A model generated the notes under the pieces. That model searched no databases. It was given only the letters and a program-made list of their open reading frames with translations, and was not told the DNA's origin. A DNA stretch of 61,627 nt from Eubacteriales bacterium. GTDB lineage: Bacteria > Bacillota > Clostridia > Oscillospirales > CAG-272. Numbering within the stretch: the first letter of the stretch is position 1; each line of letters begins with the position of its first letter. The stretch spans positions 1-61,627 of the forward strand of contig JAZNDN010000023.1 of NCBI GenBank assembly GCA_045588085.1, in the 5' to 3' direction. Positions 43,980-54,074 of this stretch are shown one piece after another. A program made the position numbers and the translations under genes.

Positions 43980-46177
43980 CGGCTAATATAGTCACGGTTA
44001 TATGCCTTGCGGTTCTTTGCATAGAGCTTGCGGGCGTTGTACTGAACGTAATAACAAAAAGCCGTGCTGACAGGATTGCTTTTCTGAGAGGCTTCAAAAA
44101 GGGAGCCTTTGCGCTGATATACGTAACGGCAATACCTCTTTATTGCACGGGTCATATGTATGCCGGAAGTAATTTTCTTGAGGCCTTTTTCTCGGCTATA
44201 AGCAAGATAATAGGTCTTGTGGTCCTCAGATACGATATGAGCAGCATATCGCTTCTTATGAGTGAAAGCGGCATTTACAGCTTTACCGTGTATGCTTTGT
44301 TTATTCTGGTAGGGCTTAATGCCATGCTTTTTACCTTCTCTTTGGTAAGCCAACACATTTGGGAGTATCTCCAGGGCGTTAAGGCGCACGTGAATTTAAA
44401 TGACAGGCTCTTCATAATAGGTAACAATGACAGAAGCCGAATGATATACTCAAGTGAGAAGCGGCGCAGCAAAATAATAATAGATACGCTCAGTGCCGAA
44501 GAACGCGACAGCCTGTATCTTGCCAAAGTTCCGTATATAGACGTTCCTGACTATGAAAGTGCGGTTAGCCGCATCTTCCGGAGTGCTGTGAGCGGCTCCA
44601 GAGAATGCATAGTGATGGTAAATACAGAGGACGACGATAGAAATATGCTTATCTGTCGCAGCTTTGTCGACCTTATTCGTACGCTTGATGAGCAAAACAG
44701 ACATTCGCTGTATCTCAGACTCAGCATATTCGTCCTCGGAGATCCGAGATACGAGGCTATTTATGAGGATATCGTAAAGGAAGGCTGTGGCTGTGTTCGG
44801 TACGTAAACAAATACCAAAAAATCGCAATGGACTTTATCGACAGATATCCATTGTCTGCATTTCTTACGGATGAGCATATAGATTACTCAACAGGTCTGC
44901 TTCGTCCGGGAGTAGAGCTGAACGTAGTCTTTATCGGATTCGGAAAAACAAATCAGCAGATTTTCATGACGTCTGTTGCCAACAACCAGTTCCTAACCGC
45001 AAAGGATACCGCCGATAAACAGGAAAACGGATATCAGCCTTCAATTCTCAAGCCTGTCAGATACCATATATTTGATAAGAATTTAGCGGAGAACAATAAG
45101 AATCTCAACCATACCTATTATCGCTTTATACACGAATGCCGCGACATCAATCCGGAGCAATATCTTCCTATGCCCGAAAGTCCCGGTGAGGAGACGTATT
45201 ATCACCTCGATATAAACGACAGGGATTTTTATAACCGTATTCGCAATATAGCGCAGTCCGGTGTCGGATTTGTCGTCATAGCCTTTGGCTCGGACCTCGA
45301 AAATATAGATATGGCGAGGAAGCTGCTTGAGAAAAAACGCGAATGGAAAATAGAGAGACTTGTACTGTTTGTGAAGGTTCGTAAATATCACAACGTGCAG
45401 GAGCTTCTCAGCGACGATAGCTGTTATTTCATCGGAAACGAGCAGGAAACGGTATACGATTCGCAGAAAATAGTAAGCGACAAAATAATGAAAATGGCAA
45501 AGATGCGTAACGAGACCTACGATCTCGAATACGAGATAACTCGCGGGGCGGGTTCTGCGGTTGATGCGGAGTTTGCCAAGAGTTGCGCAGAAGCCTCAAA
45601 CAGAAACTGGCATACTCAAAAAACACAGCTTGAGCGTGAATCAAGTCTTTATTGCTGTCTCAGTCTTCGTTCAAAGCTTAACCTTTTAGGTCTTGACTAC
45701 GTATCTTCCGACAGTGAGGCGGAAGCGGTGAGCGAGTCTGAGTATTTGCAGATATACGCCAAAGGTGATATGCCGGATACGGAGTATTACAATGCTGAGG
45801 TCAACGGCAAAAAAATCATAAGATACGACCTTAATTTCAAGGACAGTCTCAGAAAAACCATGGCTATTCACGAGCACGCGAGATGGAATTCGTTTATGAT
45901 AAGCAAGGGAATGATTCCCGCGGATATCGAAACTATCAGAACCGAAACTGCGGAAAAGGACGGTAAGCTTCGTTACACCAACGGAAAAAATTACGCTGTA
46001 AGACGTCACGGAAATCTTACGACCTTTGACGGTCTTGTCGAGTTCAGAAGGCTCCTGCTTGAGCGCGACGGCGGGGAGGAATATGATAAGGACGTAATAA
46101 AATACGACTATCAGATACTCGACGATGCCTACTGGCTACTGTCGGAATGCGGATACAAAATAGTCAGAAAGCTCTAA
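43973..46177 (+). CDS. membrane protein with degenerate Rossmann-like modules and C-terminal RyR-like domain (paralog B)
   Basis: ATG 43973 after GGGAGA; overlaps the stop of paralog A by 7 nt (43973-43979, ATGCTGA). About 4 TM helices. LFIIGNNDRS and VVFIGFGKTNQ modules. C-terminal HEHARWNSFMISKGMIP...AVRRHGNLTTFDGLVEF...KDVIKYDY. Confidence 0.6.
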   Translation: MLTANIVTVICLAVLCIELAGVVLNVITKSRADRIAFLRGFKKGAFALIYVTAIPLYCTGHMYAGSNFLEAFFSAISKIIGLVVLRYDMSSISLLMSESGIYSFTVYALFILVGLNAMLFTFSLVSQHIWEYLQGVKAHVNLNDRLFIIGNNDRSRMIYSSEKRRSKIIIDTLSAEERDSLYLAKVPYIDVPDYESAVSRIFRSAVSGSRECIVMVNTEDDDRNMLICRSFVDLIRTLDEQNRHSLYLRLSIFVLGDPRYEAIYEDIVKEGCGCVRYVNKYQKIAMDFIDRYPLSAFLTDEHIDYSTGLLRPGVELNVVFIGFGKTNQQIFMTSVANNQFLTAKDTADKQENGYQPSILKPVRYHIFDKNLAENNKNLNHTYYRFIHECRDINPEQYLPMPESPGEETYYHLDINDRDFYNRIRNIAQSGVGFVVIAFGSDLENIDMARKLLEKKREWKIERLVLFVKVRKYHNVQELLSDDSCYFIGNEQETVYDSQKIVSDKIMKMAKMRNETYDLEYEITRGAGSAVDAEFAKSCAEASNRNWHTQKTQLERESSLYCCLSLRSKLNLLGLDYVSSDSEAEAVSESEYLQIYAKGDMPDTEYYNAEVNGKKIIRYDLNFKDSLRKTMAIHEHARWNSFMISKGMIPADIETIRTETAEKDGKLRYTNGKNYAVRRHGNLTTFDGLVEFRRLLLERDGGEEYDKDVIKYDYQILDDAYWLLSECGYKIVRKL

Positions 46178-46205
46178 TCGCACTTGAAATAAAATCGCTA
46201 AAAAT

Positions 46206-46246
46206 AAAAAGCTACGGCAAGCAGAAAATGCAAGCCGTAGCTTTTT
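46206..46246. terminator. bidirectional intrinsic terminator
   Basis: Perfect 13-bp stem AAAAAGCTACGGC / GCCGTAGCTTTTT. Confidence 0.7.
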
Positions 46247-46300
46247 ATTGGATTAAACAAAGGGGAAAGTGCGTTTCAAAGACGTTTTGCCCGAAACCGT

Positions 46301-48109
46301 TTATTTTAAAAGGCGGTCCTTGAGTCCATCGTACTTAGTTGCAACGAAGTCAAGATACAAATAAAGGTCGAAAACTGTTTGAACGGCAAGCTCGTTTTCT
46401 CTTACGTAGCGTAAAAATTCTGCCCACTCGGTCTCTGCGCCGTCAATTCCGCATTCTGCGGTTTTTTCCATAGCGTCAACGTATCTTATAAGCTTATTTA
46501 CGTGGAATATGAGATAAAATACCGACCTTTCACGGCACTCAGTCATATCGGAGGTATCGACCGTGTTAAGATATTTAAGCATTTCTTTGGCCTTTGCCTT
46601 GACAAGCTTCAAATCTCCCTTTGAAAGCGCCGAAAGCTCGGTAAGGTAGTTTATTACCTTATCGGCATAAGTGCCGAACGAGTAGCCGAAATATTCTTTT
46701 TCGATTTCCTCATAGGGAATCTTGTCATCCCACAGCTTCCTTCCCATAATGAAATTGCCGAGTCCTGTGGGCATAAACGAGCGTTGAGTTTGGCAGCTCA
46801 TCATTCCCTTAAGCCCGTATGAGCCGCTTACCGTTAAGTCGTTGTATATAGTTTTTGCAAGGTCAATTCCGCCGAAGTCATCATAATGCTCGGCACCGCC
46901 GCGCCAATAATAATATTCAAACGAGAAGGTTTCGACACCCGTATGAGCATACATTCTCTTGAAGAATCCAATGTTACATTCGACCTTGGAGGGAACCTCC
47001 ATTTTGTTAAGCACGTAGGGCTCTTCGTCCGGGATTTCGGTTATATCGGTATATGAGCTCAGATAATCTCTTCCGATAGGGCAGAACATCATAATAAATC
47101 TGTCTTTATTTTTTATGTTCTCACAAATGGGTAGCCAAAGCAGGTCGAGATATGCGGCGAAGCATACCTTCGCACTGATATTAGCCTTAGTCAATGCCTC
47201 GTCTATTTCGTTCAGCATTACGAAATACCAATCGCTCGGTCTTTTTTTGATACACTGCTCGCACTCGCAATGATTGTGCTCACCGTCGGCTAAACAGAAT
47301 GCAATAACGTCGGTCTCCGGGTGAGCCTTTGCATATTTCACAACGCAGTCGGCTACCGCCTTTCTGACGTGAGGCTTAGAGTGGCAAAGCTGAGTATCAT
47401 GCAGGGGGCGTACACCAGGAACCTTGGCAAAATTATCACGCAGATGCTCGGGAATGACGGTAGACGTAAGGTCCCCGGTGATACCGAAGGCGCTGAGTGT
47501 CCAGGTGTGGCCGACGTCCATAAAGAGCATGCCGCGCTTTTTAATTTCCACTATCATTCTGCGCTTGAATTCCATAATATCATCGTCTGTTATGGGTCTG
47601 GTCGGCAGAGTGGGATTGTATCTGTGCTGATACCACATTTCGAAAAAGTGCCTTGGAAGAGTGAACTGAATGAAATAGGTATTGAAGCCCATCTTTGCTG
47701 CCCAATCTATGTTTTCAAGCATATTTTCGATAGAGCATGAGCCTTCAATGCACATTCCTCTGTATTTTTGCGTGGCAGATGTCTTAAGAGAAACCTCTTT
47801 GCCTGCAACACAAACACCGTCGGGAATATATTCGCCGTCAGCGCCGTGTCTTAGCCACCTGACGCCAAGAGCTTCCATATACTTGTAAACCGCGAAAAGA
47901 ACGCTTCGGGGATTCGAGCCGTGAATATATCCGCCGCACTTTCCTATTTGAATATCTACGGTGTCGACATCTGAATCACCAAGCTCTATATAATCGAGCT
48001 CGATTGCAAATGTATCGGGTATTTTAGCGTCAATTTTCTTAAGATAGCGTTCAAGCTCTTGCGCCGCAAACGCTACGGTTTCGTTATTTGATATCTTTTT
48101 TATCAGCAT
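46301..48109 (-). CDS. DUF4838-like / GH20-related glycoside-hydrolase-fold protein
   Basis: ATG 48109 after AAAGGAGA (track TTG start 48130 unlikely). N-terminal FAAQELERYL and a TIM-barrel-like central region (YRGMCIEGS...NTYFIQF). Family assignment is from memory of DUF4838 proteins. Confidence 0.5.
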   Translation of the reverse strand: MLIKKISNNETVAFAAQELERYLKKIDAKIPDTFAIELDYIELGDSDVDTVDIQIGKCGGYIHGSNPRSVLFAVYKYMEALGVRWLRHGADGEYIPDGVCVAGKEVSLKTSATQKYRGMCIEGSCSIENMLENIDWAAKMGFNTYFIQFTLPRHFFEMWYQHRYNPTLPTRPITDDDIMEFKRRMIVEIKKRGMLFMDVGHTWTLSAFGITGDLTSTVIPEHLRDNFAKVPGVRPLHDTQLCHSKPHVRKAVADCVVKYAKAHPETDVIAFCLADGEHNHCECEQCIKKRPSDWYFVMLNEIDEALTKANISAKVCFAAYLDLLWLPICENIKNKDRFIMMFCPIGRDYLSSYTDITEIPDEEPYVLNKMEVPSKVECNIGFFKRMYAHTGVETFSFEYYYWRGGAEHYDDFGGIDLAKTIYNDLTVSGSYGLKGMMSCQTQRSFMPTGLGNFIMGRKLWDDKIPYEEIEKEYFGYSFGTYADKVINYLTELSALSKGDLKLVKAKAKEMLKYLNTVDTSDMTECRERSVFYLIFHVNKLIRYVDAMEKTAECGIDGAETEWAEFLRYVRENELAVQTVFDLYLYLDFVATKYDGLKDRLLK

Positions 48110-48307
48110 GCAAGATTTCTCCTTTTTCAAATCAGGGTTCGGAAACAGAATTTATACACTGCTGTTAACAATACTATTTTACCGAAATCAATGTTGAATT
48201 TAAATGCAAAATGAGGCGCAAAATTTATAATATAAGACAAGTTCTTATTGCAAATTTTGCATGATTGTATATTTTTACGGTGTCGCGGTGCAACAGAGAA
48301 TGTGAAA

Positions 48308-48338
48308 AGCGAAGTGCGGAATAAACTCGCACCTCGCT
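48308..48338 (-). terminator. intrinsic terminator after lysS
   Basis: Minus strand stem AGCGAGGUGCG / CGCACUUCGCU (one G-U pair) followed by a U-run (plus strand GAAAA at 48303-48307). Confidence 0.55.
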
Positions 48339-48357
48339 TTATATTGTAAGAAATTAT

Positions 48358-49866
48358 TTAAGTCTCCGGCTTCATCGTGGGGAAGAGAAGAACGTCTCTT
48401 ATGGAAGCGGAGTCGGTAAGAAGCATAACGAGTCTGTCTATACCGAAGCCGAGACCGCCTGTGGGAGGCATGCCGTATTCGAGCGCGGTGACGTAATCGT
48501 AGTCAACTTCTGCACGGCAGTTGGGCTCCTCGGCTCTCTTCTTCTCAACCTGGCGCTCGAAGCGCTCCTTCTGGTCGATAGGATCGTTGAGCTCAGAGAA
48601 GGCATTGCCGAATTCCATGCAGTTGATGAAATACTCGAATCTTTCCGTGAACAGAGGATTCTCGGGCTTCTTTTTCGCCAAGGGGCTGTTCTCAACGGGA
48701 TAATCGTAGATGAAGGTAGGCTGAATGAGCTTGTCCTCCACGAATGCATCAAAGAGCTCGACAAGAACCGTTCCGCGAGTAGCGTCGGCGGGAACCTCGA
48801 CGTGAAGCGCTTCAGCGCAGGCCCTTGCCGCAGCGTCGTCTGCCCAATCGTTGTAATCCGCACCGGAATATTTCTTGACCGCTTCAACCATCGTAAGACG
48901 CTCCCAGTGTCCCATGTCTATTTCGTTGCCCTGATAGGTAATCTTGGTGGTTCCGCAGATTTCCTTTGCGAGCATCTTGTAAAGCTCCTCAACGAGATCC
49001 ATCATTCCGTAATAATCGGTGAAAGCCTCGTAAAGCTCAATGGTGGTGAATTCGGGATTGTGCTTGGGGTCCATTCCCTCATTTCTGAATATACGTCCAA
49101 CCTCGTAAACCTTGTTCATACCTCCTACGATAAGACGCTTAAGATAAAGCTCTGTTTCTATTCTGAGATACATATCCATATCAAGCGTGTTATGGTGGGT
49201 TATGAAGGGGCGCGCAGATGCGCCGATTTCGAGGGGAACAAGTATAGGCGTGTCAACCTCAAGGTATCCCTTTTCGTCAAGATATGAGCGAATCAGGCGA
49301 AGAATTTTTGAACGCTTAACGAAGGTATCCTTAACCTCGGGGTTAACGATAAGGTCAACGTAGCGCTGTCTGTATCTTTGCTCAAGATTGGTAAGTCCGT
49401 GAAATTTTTCAGGAAGAGGAAGAAGGGATTTTGCAAGAAGCGTTGCGCTCTTTGCATGAATGGAGATTTCTCCGGTTCTGGTGCGGAAAAGGATACCCTC
49501 TACGCCGATAACGTCACCAATATCCCATTTCTTGAAGCCTGCATAATTCTCCTCACCGAGATCGTCTCTTGCAACGTAAAGCTGAATTTTACCCTCGCCG
49601 TCAAGAACGTGTGCAAAAGAAGCTTTACCCATAATTCTGCGGCTGACCATTCTTCCCGCAATTCTGACGGTGAGAGTCTGTCCGCCTGCTTCAAGCTCTG
49701 CCTCGCGCTCGGTGAAGAGCTTTATAGCTTCGGTGCTTGAGTGGGTAACGTCGTATTTTGTTATCTCAAATGGGTTCTTTCCTGCCTCGTACAGCGCGGC
49801 AAGCTTATCGCGTCTTACCTTGAGCTCGCTCGTTTCGTTGAGATTGTTCATCTGGTTGTCTGCCAT
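48358..49866 (-). CDS. lysS: lysine--tRNA ligase (class II)
   Basis: OB-fold N-domain (VRIAGRMVSRRIMGKASFAHVLD) and class II motifs (FRNEG, GLGFGIDRLVMLLT). Confidence 0.95.
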   Translation of the reverse strand: MADNQMNNLNETSELKVRRDKLAALYEAGKNPFEITKYDVTHSSTEAIKLFTEREAELEAGGQTLTVRIAGRMVSRRIMGKASFAHVLDGEGKIQLYVARDDLGEENYAGFKKWDIGDVIGVEGILFRTRTGEISIHAKSATLLAKSLLPLPEKFHGLTNLEQRYRQRYVDLIVNPEVKDTFVKRSKILRLIRSYLDEKGYLEVDTPILVPLEIGASARPFITHHNTLDMDMYLRIETELYLKRLIVGGMNKVYEVGRIFRNEGMDPKHNPEFTTIELYEAFTDYYGMMDLVEELYKMLAKEICGTTKITYQGNEIDMGHWERLTMVEAVKKYSGADYNDWADDAAARACAEALHVEVPADATRGTVLVELFDAFVEDKLIQPTFIYDYPVENSPLAKKKPENPLFTERFEYFINCMEFGNAFSELNDPIDQKERFERQVEKKRAEEPNCRAEVDYDYVTALEYGMPPTGGLGFGIDRLVMLLTDSASIRDVLLFPTMKPET

Positions 49867-49903
49867 AATAACTGCTTCCTTTCAACAATATATAACCGAG
49901 AGC

Positions 49904-50389
49904 TTATATTTCCTTGGCTCTGGTAACGCTCTTGATTTGAAGGTGCTGCTCTCTGGCAATGCCTGCAACAACTACCTCATCTCCTGCTTTTGCACCGAGG
50001 AGTGCTCTTCCTATGGGCGAATCGTCGGAAATCTTTCCGTTCTGAGGGTCGGTTTCGTATGAGCCGACTATGTGATAGGTAAATTCCTTTGCTCTTTCAA
50101 CGTTGTAGAGAACGACTATCGAGCCAACACTGATTTTGCTCTCATCAATCTGAGATTCGTCAAGAACCTTAGCATTTGCAATCATTTCGCGAAGCTCTGC
50201 AATGCGGGCGTGAATCTTGCCCTGCTCCTCTTTAGCTGCATCGTATTCACTGTTCTCGGAAAGGTCACCGAAGGAACGCGCGGTGGAAATTTCCTTTTTG
50301 TTCTCCTCAACTCTTACGTTGACAAGATAATCAAGCTCCTCCTGAAGTGCCTTGAAGCCTTGGGGGGTGTAAATCTTAGTTTCTGCCAT
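49904..50389 (-). CDS. greA: transcription elongation factor GreA
   Basis: Coiled-coil N-domain with DLSENSEYDAAKEEQ and the C-terminal FKBP-like domain (ISDDSPIGRALLGAKAGDEV). Confidence 0.95.
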   Translation of the reverse strand: MAETKIYTPQGFKALQEELDYLVNVRVEENKKEISTARSFGDLSENSEYDAAKEEQGKIHARIAELREMIANAKVLDESQIDESKISVGSIVVLYNVERAKEFTYHIVGSYETDPQNGKISDDSPIGRALLGAKAGDEVVVAGIAREQHLQIKSVTRAKEI

Positions 50390-50447
50390 TTGTTTTTTCT
50401 CCTAACAATATATTTAGCTCGCGGTAGCTCCGCATAATTATAATTCG

Positions 50448-51806
50448 TTATTCAATCATGTCAAGAAGGACTTGGGTTGAGTGCTCAATGGCGTTCTCAC
50501 CGTCCTTTACAGTAGAAGAGGGGATAACGCCGATACCGTCGTAATTTTCACCGAGCGGTGCATTGTAGCGTGCAACGGTAAGAGTGAGAGAAGCACCTGC
50601 CGGAAAATCAACGGTGGTTTGCATAACGCCCTTGCCAAACGTGGTTTTTCCTACTACGGTGACGTCCAAAAGCTCCATTTCACCGAAATCACGCATTGCT
50701 GCGGCGAAAAGCTCGGCTGCCGAGGCTGTTGAACTGTTAACCAGCACGACGGAGGGGAGCGTGTATACGTTATCAGTAGGTTCAAGCTCGGTTCCGTGAG
50801 TTGCTTTCATAGGTGGTTTGCCGTTGGAAAACGAGGCAATCTCAGTTCCTGTCGGAACAATGTAGGAAAGAATGTCGGAAACCGAACGCAGAAGTCCGCC
50901 GGGGTTTGAGCGCAGGTCAAATATTATTCCAACCGCACCGTCGCTGACAAGCGTGTCAATCGCATTGACAAATTGCTTCGCTGTATTCCCCTTGAATCTC
51001 TCGATTGAGATATATCCGACGCTTCCGCCAAGCATTTCGTAGTTTACGGTTACGTCTTCGAATTTCTTTCTCGTAACGGTAATATCCGATTCTTTATCAC
51101 CGCGGAGGATTGTGACCGTTAACTTAGTGCCAATTTTGCCTCTTATGCGGTCGGTTGCTTCTTTATAGCCGATGGTGCTGACACGGGTACCGTCAACCGC
51201 AACTATAACGTCCGATGCCTTTATTCCCGCGGATTCGGCGGGCGCACCGCGTACGAGAGATTTAACCAGTATATTTCCGTCGTGATTTTTTGAAATAATC
51301 ACGCCTATACCGACTGTATGTCCGCTGAGGTCTTGCTCGTATATTTCATTTTCTTCGCTGTCACGGTATACACCGTATCTGTCACCGACCGCCGATATAT
51401 AAGAGCTCGCCAAAGCGTTGGTAACGTCGGATTTATCCTTAAGGTCGATGCTTTCATAATACTCGTCTATAAAAATTCCGGCTGTTTTTGCGGCGAGGGT
51501 CTCGTGGCTTTCAATTTCGGTGTAGTAAAGATGCTGATAAAAGTACTCGATTTTGCTGAGAGTCTCACCGTCGAAATCAGGGAAATCCCACTTTTTGAGG
51601 GCGGTCATAACGTTGTAAGCGTTTTTAGGAATGCCTTCGCTTACATTAGCCATAAGCTGCTCTTTGGTAGTGGGAGGTGAGTTCTTTTTTATTATCGCGG
51701 CAATAACGCCACACACAATAAGAGCTGCTATAAGAACTAACGTTGCCGTGAGTATTATTATGCGCAGCCGTTTTTTATTGGATTGCACGTTGTAATTATC
51801 TGACAT
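50448..51806 (-). CDS. S41 family C-terminal processing peptidase, membrane-anchored
   Basis: N-terminal TM anchor, PDZ region (VRGAPAESAGIKASDVIVAVDG) and catalytic IIFDLRSNPGGLL / TASAAELFA motifs. Confidence 0.85.
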   Translation of the reverse strand: MSDNYNVQSNKKRLRIIILTATLVLIAALIVCGVIAAIIKKNSPPTTKEQLMANVSEGIPKNAYNVMTALKKWDFPDFDGETLSKIEYFYQHLYYTEIESHETLAAKTAGIFIDEYYESIDLKDKSDVTNALASSYISAVGDRYGVYRDSEENEIYEQDLSGHTVGIGVIISKNHDGNILVKSLVRGAPAESAGIKASDVIVAVDGTRVSTIGYKEATDRIRGKIGTKLTVTILRGDKESDITVTRKKFEDVTVNYEMLGGSVGYISIERFKGNTAKQFVNAIDTLVSDGAVGIIFDLRSNPGGLLRSVSDILSYIVPTGTEIASFSNGKPPMKATHGTELEPTDNVYTLPSVVLVNSSTASAAELFAAAMRDFGEMELLDVTVVGKTTFGKGVMQTTVDFPAGASLTLTVARYNAPLGENYDGIGVIPSSTVKDGENAIEHSTQVLLDMIE

Positions 51807-51991
51807 TCGAAATCCGCATTCCGCTGCCGAGGCAGCTCGTTTATTTGTTGTATCACCCTGCTTCAGTAATGATATGCAATCAGAGCGTCGGTAATTCGTA
51901 CAGCGTTATACAACAGTTTACCCTGCAAAGCGAATTTGCAGGGCTGTAATCCGCGCTTGCGGATTGAACGGTCGGTTTTTCGCGATTGCAA

Positions 51992-53077
51992 TCAGAATTT
52001 GGTAGGCTTGTTGGAAAGGTATTTCTTTACCATAAGCGCAACCTTGAAGGTAACTGCATGGTCGAACTCGCGCAGGTCAAGACCGGTAAGCTTTCTTATC
52101 TTTTCAAGTCTGTAAACCAAGGTGTTTCTATGTACGAAGAGCTTTCTTGAGGTCTCCGAAACGTTAAGGTTATTTTCGAAGAAGCTCTGAACCGTCATAA
52201 GAGTTTCTCTGTCAAGAGATTCAAGTGAGCCTTTTTTGAATACTTCCTGGAGGAATATCTCGCAAAGCGTCGTGGGGAGCTGATAAACCAGTCGGCCTAT
52301 TCCCAGATTTCCGTAGGACATTATGGGCTTTTCAATGTCAAAGACCTTTCCTACCTCAAGAGCAATTCTTGCTTCCTTGTAGGCTCTTGCGAGGTCCTTA
52401 AGATGCTCGGCTATCGAGGAAATACCGATAAGAACCTTTGCGCCGTGGTTTTTCTTGGCGTAAGCTATTACCGATTTTGCAAAATCCTCAAGTCCTTCGT
52501 CGGTTTCGTCTCTGTCAATCTCCTTGACTATTACGATATCCTGCTCGCTGATATTTATTACGTAATCCTCGGGCTTGTCCTCAAACATACCCTGGATTAT
52601 TTCATAAGGAGGAGCCTCTAAGCTTCCTATGAATTTTGCTACGAAAACAGCTCTTTGCTGCTCGTTATTGAAGCGAAGCTCGTTGCTCTTGATATATATA
52701 TCACTGGGGAGAATGTTATCAAGAATGATATTTTTGATGAATGAGCCCTTATCGTGCTTCTCATCGTAAAGAGTTTTGAGGTTACCTATGGATATTGCGA
52801 GAATATCTGCAACCTTGCCTGCCTCGGCGCCGGTACCCTCCGCAAATACAATGCATTCGTTTTTATCGTTGTCTAGTACAAAGCGGTAGGTAAATCCGTC
52901 GTAAATAACGTTGCCGCCGGAGAAAGAAAGCTCTTCTTTTACTCTCTGGCGAGATTCGCCTATTTTGCCGAGCTCGCTGCAAGCGATAATTATGCCGTTT
53001 TCATCAATTACACCGATAGTGCACCCGAGAACATCCTTCATCTGATGAATAACGGTCTGAAATAAGCGGTTGGACAT
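51992..53077 (-). CDS. PucR/CdaR-family transcriptional regulator
   Basis: C-terminal PucR HTH (SETSRKLFVHRNTLVYRLEKIRKLTGLDLREF) and an N-terminal CdaR-like sensor region. Confidence 0.8.
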   Translation of the reverse strand: MSNRLFQTVIHQMKDVLGCTIGVIDENGIIIACSELGKIGESRQRVKEELSFSGGNVIYDGFTYRFVLDNDKNECIVFAEGTGAEAGKVADILAISIGNLKTLYDEKHDKGSFIKNIILDNILPSDIYIKSNELRFNNEQQRAVFVAKFIGSLEAPPYEIIQGMFEDKPEDYVINISEQDIVIVKEIDRDETDEGLEDFAKSVIAYAKKNHGAKVLIGISSIAEHLKDLARAYKEARIALEVGKVFDIEKPIMSYGNLGIGRLVYQLPTTLCEIFLQEVFKKGSLESLDRETLMTVQSFFENNLNVSETSRKLFVHRNTLVYRLEKIRKLTGLDLREFDHAVTFKVALMVKKYLSNKPTKF

Positions 53078-53233
53078 ACAGTTCCCCTTTCACATTCCGT
53101 GTGAAGACATTTGTTTATACTGTACTATATATTAACTCATTTTTTGTCATTTTTCAATACTTTTTTGAAAAAAGTTTTTATTTTACACAAAAAAATTGCT
53201 GATTATTTGTCAAAATTGCCTTTTTTGTCTATA

Positions 53234-53971
53234 TCAAAGCTCGAAATGATATGAAATGGCAGAAAGCACGTAGTCAGGAGCTGTTTCACAACGCAAAATT
53301 CTTTTTCCCAGCGTTATTAAAGTGAGCCCGGCATCTGCGGCAGCTGCCGCCTCATCCTTCGAAAAGCCTCCTTCGGAGCCTACGACGGCACAAATGCCGG
53401 ATGGAATTTGCGAAAGCTTGGAAAGGCAGTCCTTGATTGAATGCCCCGCTTCGTCCTCGTAGCAGAAAAGCGCGAGAGGGAAGGCAGATGCCTCTTTAAG
53501 CATATCGGAATAGCTTAAAGGTATGCTTACCGTTGGAATACGCGCGCGGCCGCACTGCTTGGCAGCCTCCTCGGCGATTTTTTGAAGCCTTGGCAGCCTT
53601 GCCTCCGATTTCTTTTCGTCGGGACGCTTTATGCAGCGGGAGGATTCAAATGGGATTATAGCAGTAGCGCCAAGCTCCACTGCCTTTTGTATGACGGTTT
53701 CAAGCTTGTCACCTTTGGGATACGCCATAAACAGCACCAGCTCGTACGGAGGCTCGCTTTCTCCTTTTTTGCAGCAGATTATTCTGCATTCGCACGCCTC
53801 GTCTCTTATTTTTTCCAGTTGGCAAATAAACTCGTCACCGCTGCCGTCGCAGATTGTTATTTCCTCCCCCTCCGCCATTCTGAGTGACCTTGCTATATGT
53901 CTTGAATCGTCACCGACAATTACGGCTCTTCCGTCCTTTATGCTTTCCTTTTCAACGAAGAATCTTGGCAT
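53234..53971 (-). CDS. rsmE: 16S rRNA (uracil1498-N3)-methyltransferase
   Basis: MPRFFVE...DSRHIARSLRM N-terminal PUA-like domain and the C-terminal SPOUT region (VGSEGGFS..E). Confidence 0.9.
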   Translation of the reverse strand: MPRFFVEKESIKDGRAVIVGDDSRHIARSLRMAEGEEITICDGSGDEFICQLEKIRDEACECRIICCKKGESEPPYELVLFMAYPKGDKLETVIQKAVELGATAIIPFESSRCIKRPDEKKSEARLPRLQKIAEEAAKQCGRARIPTVSIPLSYSDMLKEASAFPLALFCYEDEAGHSIKDCLSKLSQIPSGICAVVGSEGGFSKDEAAAAADAGLTLITLGKRILRCETAPDYVLSAISYHFEL

Positions 53972-54074
53972 ACGTGCCTCCTGTCAAAATCAAAGTTTTA
54001 GTTCGAACAGATAAGAGCGGACTTGGGGTATCCGCTCTTGTTTTATTGCCGTGCGTGGCACGGCATCCGAACAG

